This document shows, one piece after another, positions 48,042-57,708 of a DNA stretch of 64,000 bases. The notes below the pieces were generated by a model. That model did not search any database. It was not told where the DNA came from and saw only the letters and a program-made list of their open reading frames with translations. The first letter of the stretch is position 1; every line of letters begins with the position of its first letter. Origin of the DNA: Thermoproteota archaeon (GTDB lineage: Archaea > Korarchaeota > Korarchaeia > Korarchaeales > Korarchaeaceae); the NCBI GenBank assembly GCA_027492205.1, contig JAOZFN010000011.1, positions 32,001-96,000 of the forward strand. Direction: 5' to 3'. A program made the position numbers and the translations under genes.

Positions 48042-48870
48042 GACGCACGGAGCCTGCGGGAGCGGCCTGACCTCTCCGCCCTGGACGGGTTACAGGTCTG
48101 CGCTGATGGCCGCGGGGGGTGCGGCCCTCTCCGGCGGCGTCGTCTACTCCCTCATGGCCGCCCTTCTTGGCTCGCCGCCTGCGACGTTCATCTCCGCCCT
48201 GGCCCTCTCGCTGACGGTGGGCGCGGCGCTCGCCTACCTCGGGTGGGCTCCCGCAGACCTCGAGCCCCCCGGTCTCCTCGTGGTGAGGAGGAGGCTGCTC
48301 CCGCCTGGGAGGTACGACCTCTCCGAACTCGTGGAGTTCGTTGACGTGACCTCGGTCGAGTGGTACCTGGCGCTCCGGAGGATTCCCGGCCTTCTCGCAG
48401 CAGTCCTCTCCACCCTCGCCGCCGCGGCAGCCGCCTTCGCCTGGGGATACCTGAGGTCGCTTCCACCCGCGGCGGCCGTCCCGGCGGCCGCGCTCTCCGC
48501 GTTGTGCTTCTCGTCCGTCGAGTTCTCGACCTTGATCTCGCCTGGCCTCGGTCTGAGACGTGGGCAGAGCGATCGGCTGATTGGCGCGGCTTGCCTGCTC
48601 CTGCTCCTGGGGGGCATTGCGGTGCTCGCCTGGAGCCTGTGGGGCGGGACCACCCTGGAGAAGATGACCGCAGCGGGGCCGATGGCGGGCATAGGCGTGG
48701 CGGGCACTCTCAAGGGCCTCCTCGGAGTTTCCAGACCAGGGTACAGGTCTGTGTTTAGGCTGGGGTTCCAGGACGGCCGGTTGGTCTACGTGATGGCCCT
48801 CACCGAAAAGGACGCCGCTAATCTCAGAGAGGCCTTGATGGAGGCCGTGGCGCATGCCAAGGCTGCCTGA
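48034..48870 (+). CDS. Membrane protein (paralog of the previous gene)
   Basis: About 6 TM helices; same motif layout; overlapping starts and stops. Confidence 0.55.
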   Translation: MVETHGACGSGLTSPPWTGYRSALMAAGGAALSGGVVYSLMAALLGSPPATFISALALSLTVGAALAYLGWAPADLEPPGLLVVRRRLLPPGRYDLSELVEFVDVTSVEWYLALRRIPGLLAAVLSTLAAAAAAFAWGYLRSLPPAAAVPAAALSALCFSSVEFSTLISPGLGLRRGQSDRLIGAACLLLLLGGIAVLAWSLWGGTTLEKMTAAGPMAGIGVAGTLKGLLGVSRPGYRSVFRLGFQDGRLVYVMALTEKDAANLREALMEAVAHAKAA

Positions 48871-49288
48871 GAGGATGGAGCAGGCCTGGCTCCTTACGGC
48901 CAGGGGGCTCAGCGAGGCCGACGCCGCCAGGGAGCTGGGGACCTCGAGGCAGGCCGTGAACAAGGCCGTCAGGGACGCCAGGGCGAGGCTGGCGGCCTGG
49001 TTCGTCGAGATGGCCGAGTCCCTGAACGCCGACCTGATCAGGATGGATGCGGTGAGCGGATTCGCCGTGATGAGGAGCAGGCAGCTGGCGCTCAGGATCT
49101 ACGCGATCTACGTTCCTGGGAGGGGCCTCAGGGCGATCTTCGGGATGGAGCCCCTCTGCCCGGGGAGAGACGGCCGGAGGCACTGCAGGGAGGTGGTCGA
49201 GGCCGCCCGGGCGCTGGGTCTAATCGAGGGCCTGGGGGAGGGCCTTGAAGATGCGGTGAGGGCCCTGATCAGGGTCATGGAGAGCTAG
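48854..49288 (+). CDS. Sigma70-r4-like HTH protein
   Basis: GLSEADAARELGTSRQAVNKAV HTH; C-terminal C..C motif. Confidence 0.7.
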   Translation: MPRLPERMEQAWLLTARGLSEADAARELGTSRQAVNKAVRDARARLAAWFVEMAESLNADLIRMDAVSGFAVMRSRQLALRIYAIYVPGRGLRAIFGMEPLCPGRDGRRHCREVVEAARALGLIEGLGEGLEDAVRALIRVMES

Positions 49289-49316
49289 CCCCGACCGGAT
49301 CGCGGCTGGGCGTGGG

Positions 49317-49721
49317 CTAGGGCTCCACCCTCTCTATGCCCCTTATCCTATCAAAGTCCTCGTCGTAGCTCGCTACGATCCTAATCCCGCTCTCCAGGGC
49401 TGACGCCGCATGCAGCGAGCCTCTGGGCTTGAGCCCGTACTCCTCCATGATCATCCTCGCCCTCAAGACCGTGGACTCCGTCACGGAGAGGAACCTGAGG
49501 TGGGGGAAATTGAGCAGGAGAGCGCCCTGCCTTACGGAGGCCTCGACGCCAGCCAGCTTCCTCACGACCCAGACTACCTCGTCCCACGTGAGGAGCGAGG
49601 TGCTAGCTTCCACCTCGCCCGAAGCTATCTTCAGCAGGAGGTCCCTCGACCTCTTAGCCCGCTCATCTCCTGGGTCGTAGATCGCGGGGTAGATGAACAC
49701 GTTGGAGTCAACGTAGAGCAA
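49317..49721 (-). CDS. vapC: VapC PIN-domain toxin
   Basis: YVDSNVFIY, TWDEV, H.ASA, SYDEDFD; the usual Asp of PRD is replaced by Gly (PRGSLH). Confidence 0.85.
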   Translation of the reverse strand: MLYVDSNVFIYPAIYDPGDERAKRSRDLLLKIASGEVEASTSLLTWDEVVWVVRKLAGVEASVRQGALLLNFPHLRFLSVTESTVLRARMIMEEYGLKPRGSLHAASALESGIRIVASYDEDFDRIRGIERVEP

Positions 49722-49962
49722 CCCTCTCCTCCACCTCCTCCTCCAAGATCCTCTCCAGATTCACCTCTCCAGTTAGCTTCTCCTTCACCTGCGAGCAGAA
49801 CTCGTTGACGAAGTCAGCCGGATCCATGCTGGGTCTGATTATGAGCCTGTCCTCCTGGACCTCCAGAAGGACCTCGGTTCCGGGCTCCATCCCAAGGAAC
49901 TCCCTGATTATCTTGGGAGTGACTATCTGCCCCTTCGGGCCCACCCTCCTCCTCACTATCAT
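49708..49962 (-). CDS. AbrB/MazE/SpoVT-family antitoxin
   Basis: VGPKGQIVTPK.IRE.LG..PG.EV. Confidence 0.88.
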   Translation of the reverse strand: MIVRRRVGPKGQIVTPKIIREFLGMEPGTEVLLEVQEDRLIIRPSMDPADFVNEFCSQVKEKLTGEVNLERILEEEVEERVALR

Positions 49963-50420
49963 TCCGATCGCTCCGGGCTACATTTTCTCAAAATGCAATT
50001 CAACTTTTTCCTACTCTAGATTCCAACTCAATGGCTCCCACGGGGCCGCTAGGAGACGGTCCTAGAACCGCTTCGCGCACGGAGCAGAAGCTCTGCTGGT
50101 GGAAATGGTCATCCTGTCTAGAGGGTTAATGAACGGGCTGCGCGCAGAGCTCGGCTAGGCAGAAGACGTGCAGATACCGGAGGAGAGCGATGACCTCGCC
50201 ATGAAGATCACGGAGCCAACGTTAACGGACTCTCTGCATGGGGTCATGAAGGTGAAGCGCCGCTGGTGCTCTGCCCCCACATAGCCACCGTTCGGGTAGT
50301 ATATCCGGCCGGGGGGTCAGGCTTACCTCTAGGGAGGTTCCAAGGGAGCACGAGATCGATCTGATCTTCAAAAGAAAAGGCACCAAGTCGTTTTTAGGGG
50401 GGGAATTTACGCCGACGCGA

Positions 50421-51089
50421 TTATCGGCGTAGCGTCCGCCGGGCGCTTGACTGCGGGCGCTCAACGGGGCCGAGGGCGGCGAGCCTCACCAGCAAGCGGC
50501 AGTCGGTCCCCCTGAGCACTTTGCTGACGTTTCCCCTCGTCACCCCAAACTCCCTGGCTATGTCGCTCATCTTCTCGCCGAGCCAGGCGTGATGGTAACA
50601 GTAGGCCAGCTTCCTTTCGGACATGTTGGCCAGGAGGCCGACCGTCAGAGATATCACCCCCGCCAAGTGGACGTCGGAGGGGACGGCAGAGGGGTCCACC
50701 TTGAGGTCTGCTATGGACTCCCTCCCCACACCCCTGATCAACTTTAGATCCTCGAGAGCCTCGCGGGCCCTCCAAAACGCCGGTCCGTCGCACTCGTCTG
50801 CGCTCTCCCCTAGCACGTGAACCTCCCCCGCTCCGACGCCGACTCGAAACATTACGTCTGGGACTGAGACCTTTAGGGCGTGGAGAAAGAACGTCGGCGG
50901 TCGCCACCAGTTCACCAAGAACTCCACGCTGTCTCCCGCCGTAAGAGCCGGTCTGACTAGGCACTCTCGCCTGAACCTAAGGTGGGACTCCCCCAGCAGC
51001 CTCCCTATCTCGCCGTAGAGCCTCACCTTCTTCCGGACCTCCATCTCTCTGGAGCCAGACAGGTCCACCACGACCGCCACCGGCATCAT
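50421..51089 (-). CDS. SatD-family protein (nucleotide-cyclase-like N-domain + C-terminal HTH)
   Basis: VVDLSGSR, TAGD, R.GVG.G, DGPAFWRAREAL, MSDIAREFGVTRGNVSK; ATGA overlap with the upstream gene. Confidence 0.8.
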   Translation of the reverse strand: MMPVAVVVDLSGSREMEVRKKVRLYGEIGRLLGESHLRFRRECLVRPALTAGDSVEFLVNWWRPPTFFLHALKVSVPDVMFRVGVGAGEVHVLGESADECDGPAFWRAREALEDLKLIRGVGRESIADLKVDPSAVPSDVHLAGVISLTVGLLANMSERKLAYCYHHAWLGEKMSDIAREFGVTRGNVSKVLRGTDCRLLVRLAALGPVERPQSSARRTLRR

Positions 51090-51559
51090 CTCACCAGCAG
51101 AGACAGGAGCAGCCAGCTCATCACGGTTCCGGCGAGGAGGCTTGAGAAGGTTCCGATGATGTGCCAGTCGGCGCACACCCTCTCTTCCGCTCTGGAGAAC
51201 CGGAAGATGGCCTTTCCGGCCACCAGCAGGCCCAAGACGTTCATCACGTCCTTCAGCGGTATGCCCTCGATCTTGGAAATCAAGAACACAGAGAAGACGA
51301 CGCTCCTCTCGAGGTAGCCGATTATCCTCCCTCCCGCCGGCAGCCCCCCGCATTTCTCCCTTATTCCCTCTCCCCCTAGGACGAGCGAGAGCGCCGAGAT
51401 CGCGGCAGAGGGTAGCATCATTGTCGAGAGCCACGCTAAAAGCAGCCTCACTACGAAGCCCAGGTCTAAGGATGCTTGGTAAGGGACTCTCCCTGCCAGG
51501 ATTATCGCCGGAGCCGCTCCCGCGAGGAGCTCGAGGAGGATACGCCAGCTCGACCGCAT
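51086..51559 (-). CDS. DUF3307-like membrane protein
   Basis: GG..IG.LER, AGK.IFRF, IIGT..S motifs, as in SatD-associated membrane proteins. Confidence 0.7.
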   Translation of the reverse strand: MRSSWRILLELLAGAAPAIILAGRVPYQASLDLGFVVRLLLAWLSTMMLPSAAISALSLVLGGEGIREKCGGLPAGGRIIGYLERSVVFSVFLISKIEGIPLKDVMNVLGLLVAGKAIFRFSRAEERVCADWHIIGTFSSLLAGTVMSWLLLSLLVR

Positions 51560-52180
51560 TGGGATCTCCCCGAGCTGGAGGGCTATAAAGTTTACCTATT
51601 AGGTAAACAACTGGGTGCTGTATACCGTTTTGTTCAACTCTAATTGTCCCCCACTCTCGGTAGTCAAAGCCTTGGGCGGACCCCGGGGAATTTCCAGCGA
51701 AGCTCGTATGGCAAGGGCGTGCAGACGATCCGCTTTGCCCCTTTTATCTGCACCTAGGCTGAGAATAGGTCTCAGCTACTGCGTCTCCGTCACTTTGCCT
51801 TCGGGGGACCTCATGGGGGATTGAAGGCGGGGGGACACGGATGGGGTAAACGGCAACCAACCCAGCCGGTCCTACCGCCATGAGGCCACCAAGTACTCTC
51901 CACTCGCTCATCGGCTTACTGAGAGAGGCTCAGAGGACTCGAGGAGGACCCGGAGTCCGCCAAGGCAAGATCCGGGAGCGTCAAGGGAGAGGTTCGAAAG
52001 GACCGGCAGGAAGTTCGTCGGTGAGGCGGGTCCGACCGACTGTTAAGCGACGATCCCAAGGAGTGGTTAGCAGAGTTCGGGTCTCAGGTTCAAAGTCAGG
52101 AGGGTGGGGTCGCCGAGGAACGCGACGGGGCTGGCCAGGCCGATCTACTGGCGGAGTGGCTCATCACGCAACACGGAGGC

Positions 52181-52711
52181 CTAGGGATGGGGTCCTCCCC
52201 GGGGTCGGCTCGACCGACGGGCAGACAGATCCCTAAGGTTCCTCCGCCTGGAGCCGGCGGATCGGCGCGCGGCGGGTGCTTGCGGCGCTGAGTCCTCACT
52301 CCTCCTTTCATGGATCTCCCGCTCATCCGCTCTATCTCGCCCCAGCCCTCCCCGTTGTTCCCTCTTACCATCCCCAGCGCACGAGATAGAAGCCCAAGAC
52401 AGACCTACGACCGCCAGCGCCACCAGGGCCAGGGCCGCCCGCGGCGCCCGGAGGTAGGCCGGGCCAGACGCGTCCAGAATCGAGTCAACCATGCTACCCG
52501 CGTTAAACCCTGCAACCGCGGATAGGGGCAGCTCCGGCCTCTTAAGGGCCCTTAAGGTCCCGAGACTGACGTAGGCGAAGGCATAGAAGGTGTTCTCTAG
52601 GACGAGCCAGACCGGGGCCATCTCGACGGAGAAGGCGAGGGCCAGGTCTTGGGCAAGGTACGCGATGCCCAGCGCCGCGCAGAGGACCGAGAAGGCCTTC
52701 CGGGCGAGCAC
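52181..52711 (-). CDS. Small archaeal 4-TM membrane protein
   Basis: Four hydrophobic helices, EN.FY..AY, FNAG motif; start and C-terminal tail uncertain. Confidence 0.5.
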   Translation of the reverse strand: MLARKAFSVLCAALGIAYLAQDLALAFSVEMAPVWLVLENTFYAFAYVSLGTLRALKRPELPLSAVAGFNAGSMVDSILDASGPAYLRAPRAALALVALAVVGLSWASISCAGDGKREQRGGLGRDRADEREIHERRSEDSAPQAPAARRSAGSRRRNLRDLSARRSSRPRGGPHP

Positions 52712-52839
52712 CGGCAGGTCGGGTCGACCCGATTTAAAGTGGAGGCTGGCCGGCGCGGTCAGGCGCCCCTCACCAGAGAGGTGCGAGACACCTCGCACCT
52801 GTCGGCGCAGGGTTAATACGGTCGCTCGGGCAAAGGCTC

Positions 52840-55053
52840 GTGCGCGCCCGATCGCTTGCTATCCTGGCGATCGCCCTCTCACTGTCCGCGGCCGCCTACT
52901 TCTTATGGTCTGGGCGGGGCGGCGGTGGCGTGGTCGGCCCGAGCGGGGGCAGCTACGAACTCTCCTCTCTCAGGAGGCCGGGGCTTCCTCCGCCGGGCGG
53001 CCACCCGGCCAGGCCCGTGCGGGCCTCCCTGAGTCAGTCACTCCCCCTCGAGGAGTCTCAGCTGGCCAACCCGGAGGCCATGGACGTCCTCAACCTGGGC
53101 CGGGCCCAGAGGACATCCCTCCTGGAGAGGGGATTCGTCCTGGTGAGGTGGGGCGCCTTCGACGACTTCTCGGGGGCCTACGAGGCCCTGCCCCCGACCG
53201 TGCCCGTGTACGTCACGGCAGACACCGTACTGCACGCGTACCACGTGCTCTTCGACACAACGCTCGCCCAGATTGAGGAGCGGAGGATCTACCCGGACCT
53301 GGTGGCCGTCACCAGGGCGATGCTCGACGAGAGCCTATCCCTCGGCGGGGGGTCACGGGGGGAGGTGGCCGACGCCGCCAAGAGGAACGCGGCCTACTTC
53401 GCGGTCGCCCTCTCGCTCCTCGACCCGGACTTCGAGCCTCCGTCTGAGGTCGCCGACGTGGTCGAGGCAGAGCTGGACCTGATAGAGGCGCACGAGGGGA
53501 TCCAGAGGAGCCCGCTCTTCTGGTACGAGGAGGACTACAGCCAGTACGTCCCCAGGGGGCACTACACCAGTTCTGAAATCCTGCGGAGATACTTCAGGGC
53601 GATGATGTGGTACGGGAGGATGGCCTTCCTGATAAGGGGCGGGCCCTCTGGGTTCGTCACGCGGGAGCAGGCCAGGACGCTCACCCTTCAGGCGTCTCTG
53701 ATATCTGCCGCCATGCCGTCGGTCAGGCTGGAGGACGGCCACACCGTCGGCGAGGTCTGGAGCGACATATATTCCGTGACCTCGTTCTTCGTTGGGTTCG
53801 CCGACGACCTGACCCCTTACGACTACTTGGAGGCGCTCAGGCAGCTCTTCGGCGACTCTGTCGACCCAGAACAGATCCCCGGGCGGATTGACGAGGTCAG
53901 GGCCCTCGTCGCCGGCATGGGGAGGCCTAGGATATACGGCGGGACCGGCAACTGCGTCGTGTACCCGCCCTTTGACGAGGAGGACTTGGCGCGGTGCCTG
54001 GACGCCAGCGCCGGCATGAGGTTCATGGGTCAGCGCTACGTCCCGGACTCCTACGTCTTCCAGAGGCTCATCACGCCGTCGGTCGGCCTGTACGCTGGGA
54101 GCGACGAGCCCTTCACCCTCGGCCTGACGCCGGGAGGCCCGGCCAGGGTGTTCCCCAGGGGCCTGGACTGGTTCGCCGTCGTCGGCAGCGAGGCGGCCCT
54201 GAACGTGGTCAGGGAGGAGGGGGACGCCGACTACGAGGGGTACGGGGAGGTCGTCGCCCGGTTGAGGGAGGAGTTCTCCAACCTCAGCGAGGGGGACTGG
54301 TCGAGGAACCTCTACTGGTCGTGGCTCGACGCCCTCCGCATCCTCGCTTCTCCCAGGCCCGAGGGCTACCCCGCCTACATGAGGACCGAGGCCTGGGAGA
54401 GGAGGCAGCTGATGGCCGCCCTGGCGTCTTGGGCAGAGCTGAGGCACGACACGATACTCTACGCGAAGCAGAGCTACACGCCCAGGCTCGCGGCGGCCCC
54501 GCCTGGCCCGGCCAAGAGAAGGGCGTTCGTGGAGCCGATACCAGAGCTCTACGACAGGCTCCTCGCTCTGACCAGACAGACCAGGGAGGGGCTCCGGTCG
54601 CTGGGGTACCTGACCGAGGATCTCGACCGCAGGCTGACCGGCATGGAGGACCTGCTGAAGAACTTGGCCAGGATCTCCAGGGTCGAGCTCGCCGGTGAGA
54701 GGCTCAGCGGGGAGGACGTGAGGTACCTCCTCCACGTGGGAGACGCGCTCGAGGGGATCCTCGAGGGCCTCTCGGAGAGGTCTAGGTCGACGGTGATGGT
54801 GGCGGATGTCCACACGGACTTGAACTCCGGCATGGCCCTAGAGGAGGGCGTGGGCCTCCTCGACCTGATGGTGGTGGCCCTCCCGACGCCCGACGGAACC
54901 CACGTGGCCGCCGGGCCGGTCCTTACATACTACGAGTTCAAGCACCCCATCTCAGAGAGGCTGACCGACGAATCTTGGGGAGAGGTGCTCGCTCAGAATC
55001 CCCCGGAACTCCCGAACTGGGTCTCAGACCTTTACGCTGAGAACTGGGGTTAA
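52840..55053 (+). CDS. DUF3160 domain-containing membrane-anchored protein
   Basis: VT.D.VLHAYH..FD..L, EDYSQY.PRGHYT, YFRAMMWYGR, SWAELRHDTILYAKQSY, VADVHTD, RLTDE.W. Confidence 0.9.
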   Translation: MRARSLAILAIALSLSAAAYFLWSGRGGGGVVGPSGGSYELSSLRRPGLPPPGGHPARPVRASLSQSLPLEESQLANPEAMDVLNLGRAQRTSLLERGFVLVRWGAFDDFSGAYEALPPTVPVYVTADTVLHAYHVLFDTTLAQIEERRIYPDLVAVTRAMLDESLSLGGGSRGEVADAAKRNAAYFAVALSLLDPDFEPPSEVADVVEAELDLIEAHEGIQRSPLFWYEEDYSQYVPRGHYTSSEILRRYFRAMMWYGRMAFLIRGGPSGFVTREQARTLTLQASLISAAMPSVRLEDGHTVGEVWSDIYSVTSFFVGFADDLTPYDYLEALRQLFGDSVDPEQIPGRIDEVRALVAGMGRPRIYGGTGNCVVYPPFDEEDLARCLDASAGMRFMGQRYVPDSYVFQRLITPSVGLYAGSDEPFTLGLTPGGPARVFPRGLDWFAVVGSEAALNVVREEGDADYEGYGEVVARLREEFSNLSEGDWSRNLYWSWLDALRILASPRPEGYPAYMRTEAWERRQLMAALASWAELRHDTILYAKQSYTPRLAAAPPGPAKRRAFVEPIPELYDRLLALTRQTREGLRSLGYLTEDLDRRLTGMEDLLKNLARISRVELAGERLSGEDVRYLLHVGDALEGILEGLSERSRSTVMVADVHTDLNSGMALEEGVGLLDLMVVALPTPDGTHVAAGPVLTYYEFKHPISERLTDESWGEVLAQNPPELPNWVSDLYAENWG

Positions 55054-55343
55054 CCAGCCTTCTCTCTGTTCTCTCTCCTCTCTCGCCTGGAGACTAGGTC
55101 GAGGACTATCAATACGAGCCCAAGCGCGAACACCGACCCCAGCCCCGGCACGAAGAGGGCGAGGGTGAGTAGGGCAGCCAGAATCCACAGATCCGCTGAC
55201 CTCTCAGGGGGCGCTCTGTCCCGACCGCAGATCGCCCTGACAACATACTCGAGGAACCTCTCAACCAGGTCCACCATCAGAGCGAGCGTCAGTATGGTGA
55301 TGACGGGAGGCAGCCCGTACACCCAGGGCGTTAATGGGACCAT
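55050..55343 (-). CDS. Small membrane protein
   Basis: Three hydrophobic segments, basic C-terminus. Confidence 0.5.
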   Translation of the reverse strand: MVPLTPWVYGLPPVITILTLALMVDLVERFLEYVVRAICGRDRAPPERSADLWILAALLTLALFVPGLGSVFALGLVLIVLDLVSRRERRENREKAG

Positions 55344-55584
55344 CGTGGCGCATTGACCCGTTTGTGATAAAAAGTTTTACACATAAATGTCCAGTGGTGG
55401 GTTTCCATTCCGTTGGGCGCGACGTCTCCCTCGGGAAGCAGGGAGGCCTGGGGGTTTGGCTAGTGGGGCCGCATCGCGGTGAAGACCCCCAGGCGGGGAT
55501 AGTGGCGGATCGGAGGCGAGTTCTCGTCTGAGGCCGGCCCTCTAATGGATTTTTATCAATCGCTCACTTCTCCAGCGCGCTAAG

Positions 55585-56619
55585 ATGGTCCAATTTTCCC
55601 GCATGTCGGCGCTCTTGGGGGTACTCGTGGGGTCTGCCGTTGCCCCTCCGCCACTGGTCCCGGGGGGCACAGTCGGTGGTGGAATGGTTCAGTCGCCGGT
55701 CATACCGACCTCACCAGTCCCCTGGGTTGGGCTCGCGGAAGGGGATGTGAGGGGGATAGTCTACATCCTCCCGTCGGAGTGTTGTGCGAGCTATTGGACG
55801 GAGAAATACGGGGACAGGATATACTTCTACGTGTACGCCAACCTCTCAGATTGCAGGAGGCCGATCGGGAGCGACTTCTCCCTGATTGGGAGGTATTACG
55901 ACACCGTGATAGTGATCATTCCCGCGGACGACTCCCCCCTCTTTCGCCACAACTTGAGGGTGATAGACGAGCTCGCGGAGGAGCGATCCATGAGGGTCGT
56001 CTGGGGGGTCTTCCCCAAGTGGAAGTACGGGCCCGAGGACGACTACCTCGAACCCGGAACCCCCATGAATGGGCTGGTGCTGGGGCTCATGGAGTTTCTC
56101 TCAACGTTGAACTCGACCTGGAAGGTGGCCATATGGTACGGGTGGAGCTATAGGCGTGACTACGCGGACATAATCCGGTTCTACGACTCCCTCCCTGAGG
56201 GCCTGAGGGGGCTCTACGCCGCTTGGCTGGACGAGGAGTTCGCTCCGTTGGTCAATCAACTGGCAGTCAGGCCGGAGTTCCTCGTGATCACCGAGCTGTA
56301 CAGCGAGGACGAGATAGCGAAGTTCTCCGGCATCCTGCCGAATCAGATGGTGGTGACGGGCTACGAGGGGGCAGGTGACGCGGAGGAGTGGCTCCGCGGG
56401 ATGTGCCCAAACCTCAGGGCCATAAGGGACCCCTCGCTGGTGGGGATTTGGATGTTCTACGACAAGGGAGACGGGTCGGGGGAGGACTACGGGGCCTACT
56501 TCCCAGGGGAGGGCCTGGCCGACCCGTGGAGGTGCTTAAGCGGCGTGCGGCGCTCCTCCCGTCCGCCGGCGCGGATCCCGGTACCGCGGGTGGTGGGGCG
56601 GATCATAATTCCCACATGA
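55585..56619 (+). CDS. Secreted hypothetical protein (possible TIM-barrel)
   Basis: Signal-like N-terminus; alternating beta/alpha pattern; aromatic-rich. Confidence 0.6.
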   Translation: MVQFSRMSALLGVLVGSAVAPPPLVPGGTVGGGMVQSPVIPTSPVPWVGLAEGDVRGIVYILPSECCASYWTEKYGDRIYFYVYANLSDCRRPIGSDFSLIGRYYDTVIVIIPADDSPLFRHNLRVIDELAEERSMRVVWGVFPKWKYGPEDDYLEPGTPMNGLVLGLMEFLSTLNSTWKVAIWYGWSYRRDYADIIRFYDSLPEGLRGLYAAWLDEEFAPLVNQLAVRPEFLVITELYSEDEIAKFSGILPNQMVVTGYEGAGDAEEWLRGMCPNLRAIRDPSLVGIWMFYDKGDGSGEDYGAYFPGEGLADPWRCLSGVRRSSRPPARIPVPRVVGRIIIPT

Positions 56620-56673
56620 GAGGGGGCTCGGGCGCGCGGCGCTGCAGGCCCCTCCCCTCAATCCGGCTTTCCG

Positions 56674-57708
56674 TCACGCCTTCGTACGCAGGATCCTCAG
56701 CTCAGTCGGCCTGAAGGTTACCGTCGACCCCCTCGGCGGGTCTTCCAACACGAGCTCGACTTCTTCATCCCCCACCCTCCCCTTCACCCTGTAGCCGGAT
56801 CTGGAGCGGGACACCGCGATTATCGTGGCGGCAATTCCGGCGGGCGTCTGCTCAACCTCCTCGGGGTAGAAGGCCACGGAGACCGCCTCGCCCACCCACT
56901 CCAGCTCGACCTCGTAATCCCCGAGCCCGTATCTTCTGCCGGCCCTCCGCTCCAGTGTGAGCACGTTGGCCCCAAGGAACCTGGCGACGAACTCGATCTG
57001 AGGATCGTCCACCACATCGCCGGCCGGTCCCTCCCTCAAGATCCTGCCGGCCCTCATCACCGCGAGCCTATCGGCGATGGCCAGCGCCTCCGCCTGGTCG
57101 TGGGTCACGTGGATGGCCGTGAAGCCCCTCTCGGCGTGGAGCCTCCTGACCTCCCAGAGGAGCTCCTCCCTGAGCCTGGCGTCGAGGGCCCCGAAGGGCT
57201 CGTCCAGGAGGAGCACCCTCGGCTCGGGAGAGAGCGCCCTCGCTATGGCCACCCTCTGCCTCTGACCCCCGGAGAGCTGGTGCGGGTACCTCGACTCGAG
57301 GCCCTCGAGCCTGAGGAGCCTCAGGTACTCCCTCGCCCTCCGCCTGGCCTCGCCTCCCTCGACCCCCCTCGCCACGAGCCCGAAGGCCACGTTGTCCAGG
57401 ACGGTCATGTGGGGAAACAGCGCGAGGTCTTGGAACACCATACCGACGTTTCTCTCCCTGGGGGGCACCTCGGTGACGTCGACTCCGTCAAACAGCACCC
57501 TGCCGGAGTCCGGCCTCTCCAAGCCGGCGACCACCCTCAGCATGGTGGTCTTCCCGCACCCGCTGGGGCCCAGCACGGCCGTGATGGCCCCGTCGGGAAC
57601 CTTGAGGGACGCCGAGTCCAGCGCGACCACCTTGCCGAATCTCTTGCTCACCGACCTCAGCTCGACCTCAACCACCCCATCCTCCCCTCCACGATCTGCT
57701 TCGCCCAC
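56674..57708 (-). CDS. thiQ: ABC transporter ATP-binding subunit (thiamine, ThiQ-like)
   Basis: GPSGCGKT, LSGGQRQR, LLLDEP, HVTHD; in operon with the thiamine-binding protein. Confidence 0.85.
   Translation of the reverse strand: MGEADRGGEDGVVEVELRSVSKRFGKVVALDSASLKVPDGAITAVLGPSGCGKTTMLRVVAGLERPDSGRVLFDGVDVTEVPPRERNVGMVFQDLALFPHMTVLDNVAFGLVARGVEGGEARRRAREYLRLLRLEGLESRYPHQLSGGQRQRVAIARALSPEPRVLLLDEPFGALDARLREELLWEVRRLHAERGFTAIHVTHDQAEALAIADRLAVMRAGRILREGPAGDVVDDPQIEFVARFLGANVLTLERRAGRRYGLGDYEVELEWVGEAVSVAFYPEEVEQTPAGIAATIIAVSRSRSGYRVKGRVGDEEVELVLEDPPRGSTVTFRPTELRILRTKA

Noticed and set aside
43500-52300. Integrated mobile element or provirus
   Set aside because: No integrase, transposase, tRNA attachment site or terminal repeats detected; treated only as an accessory region.
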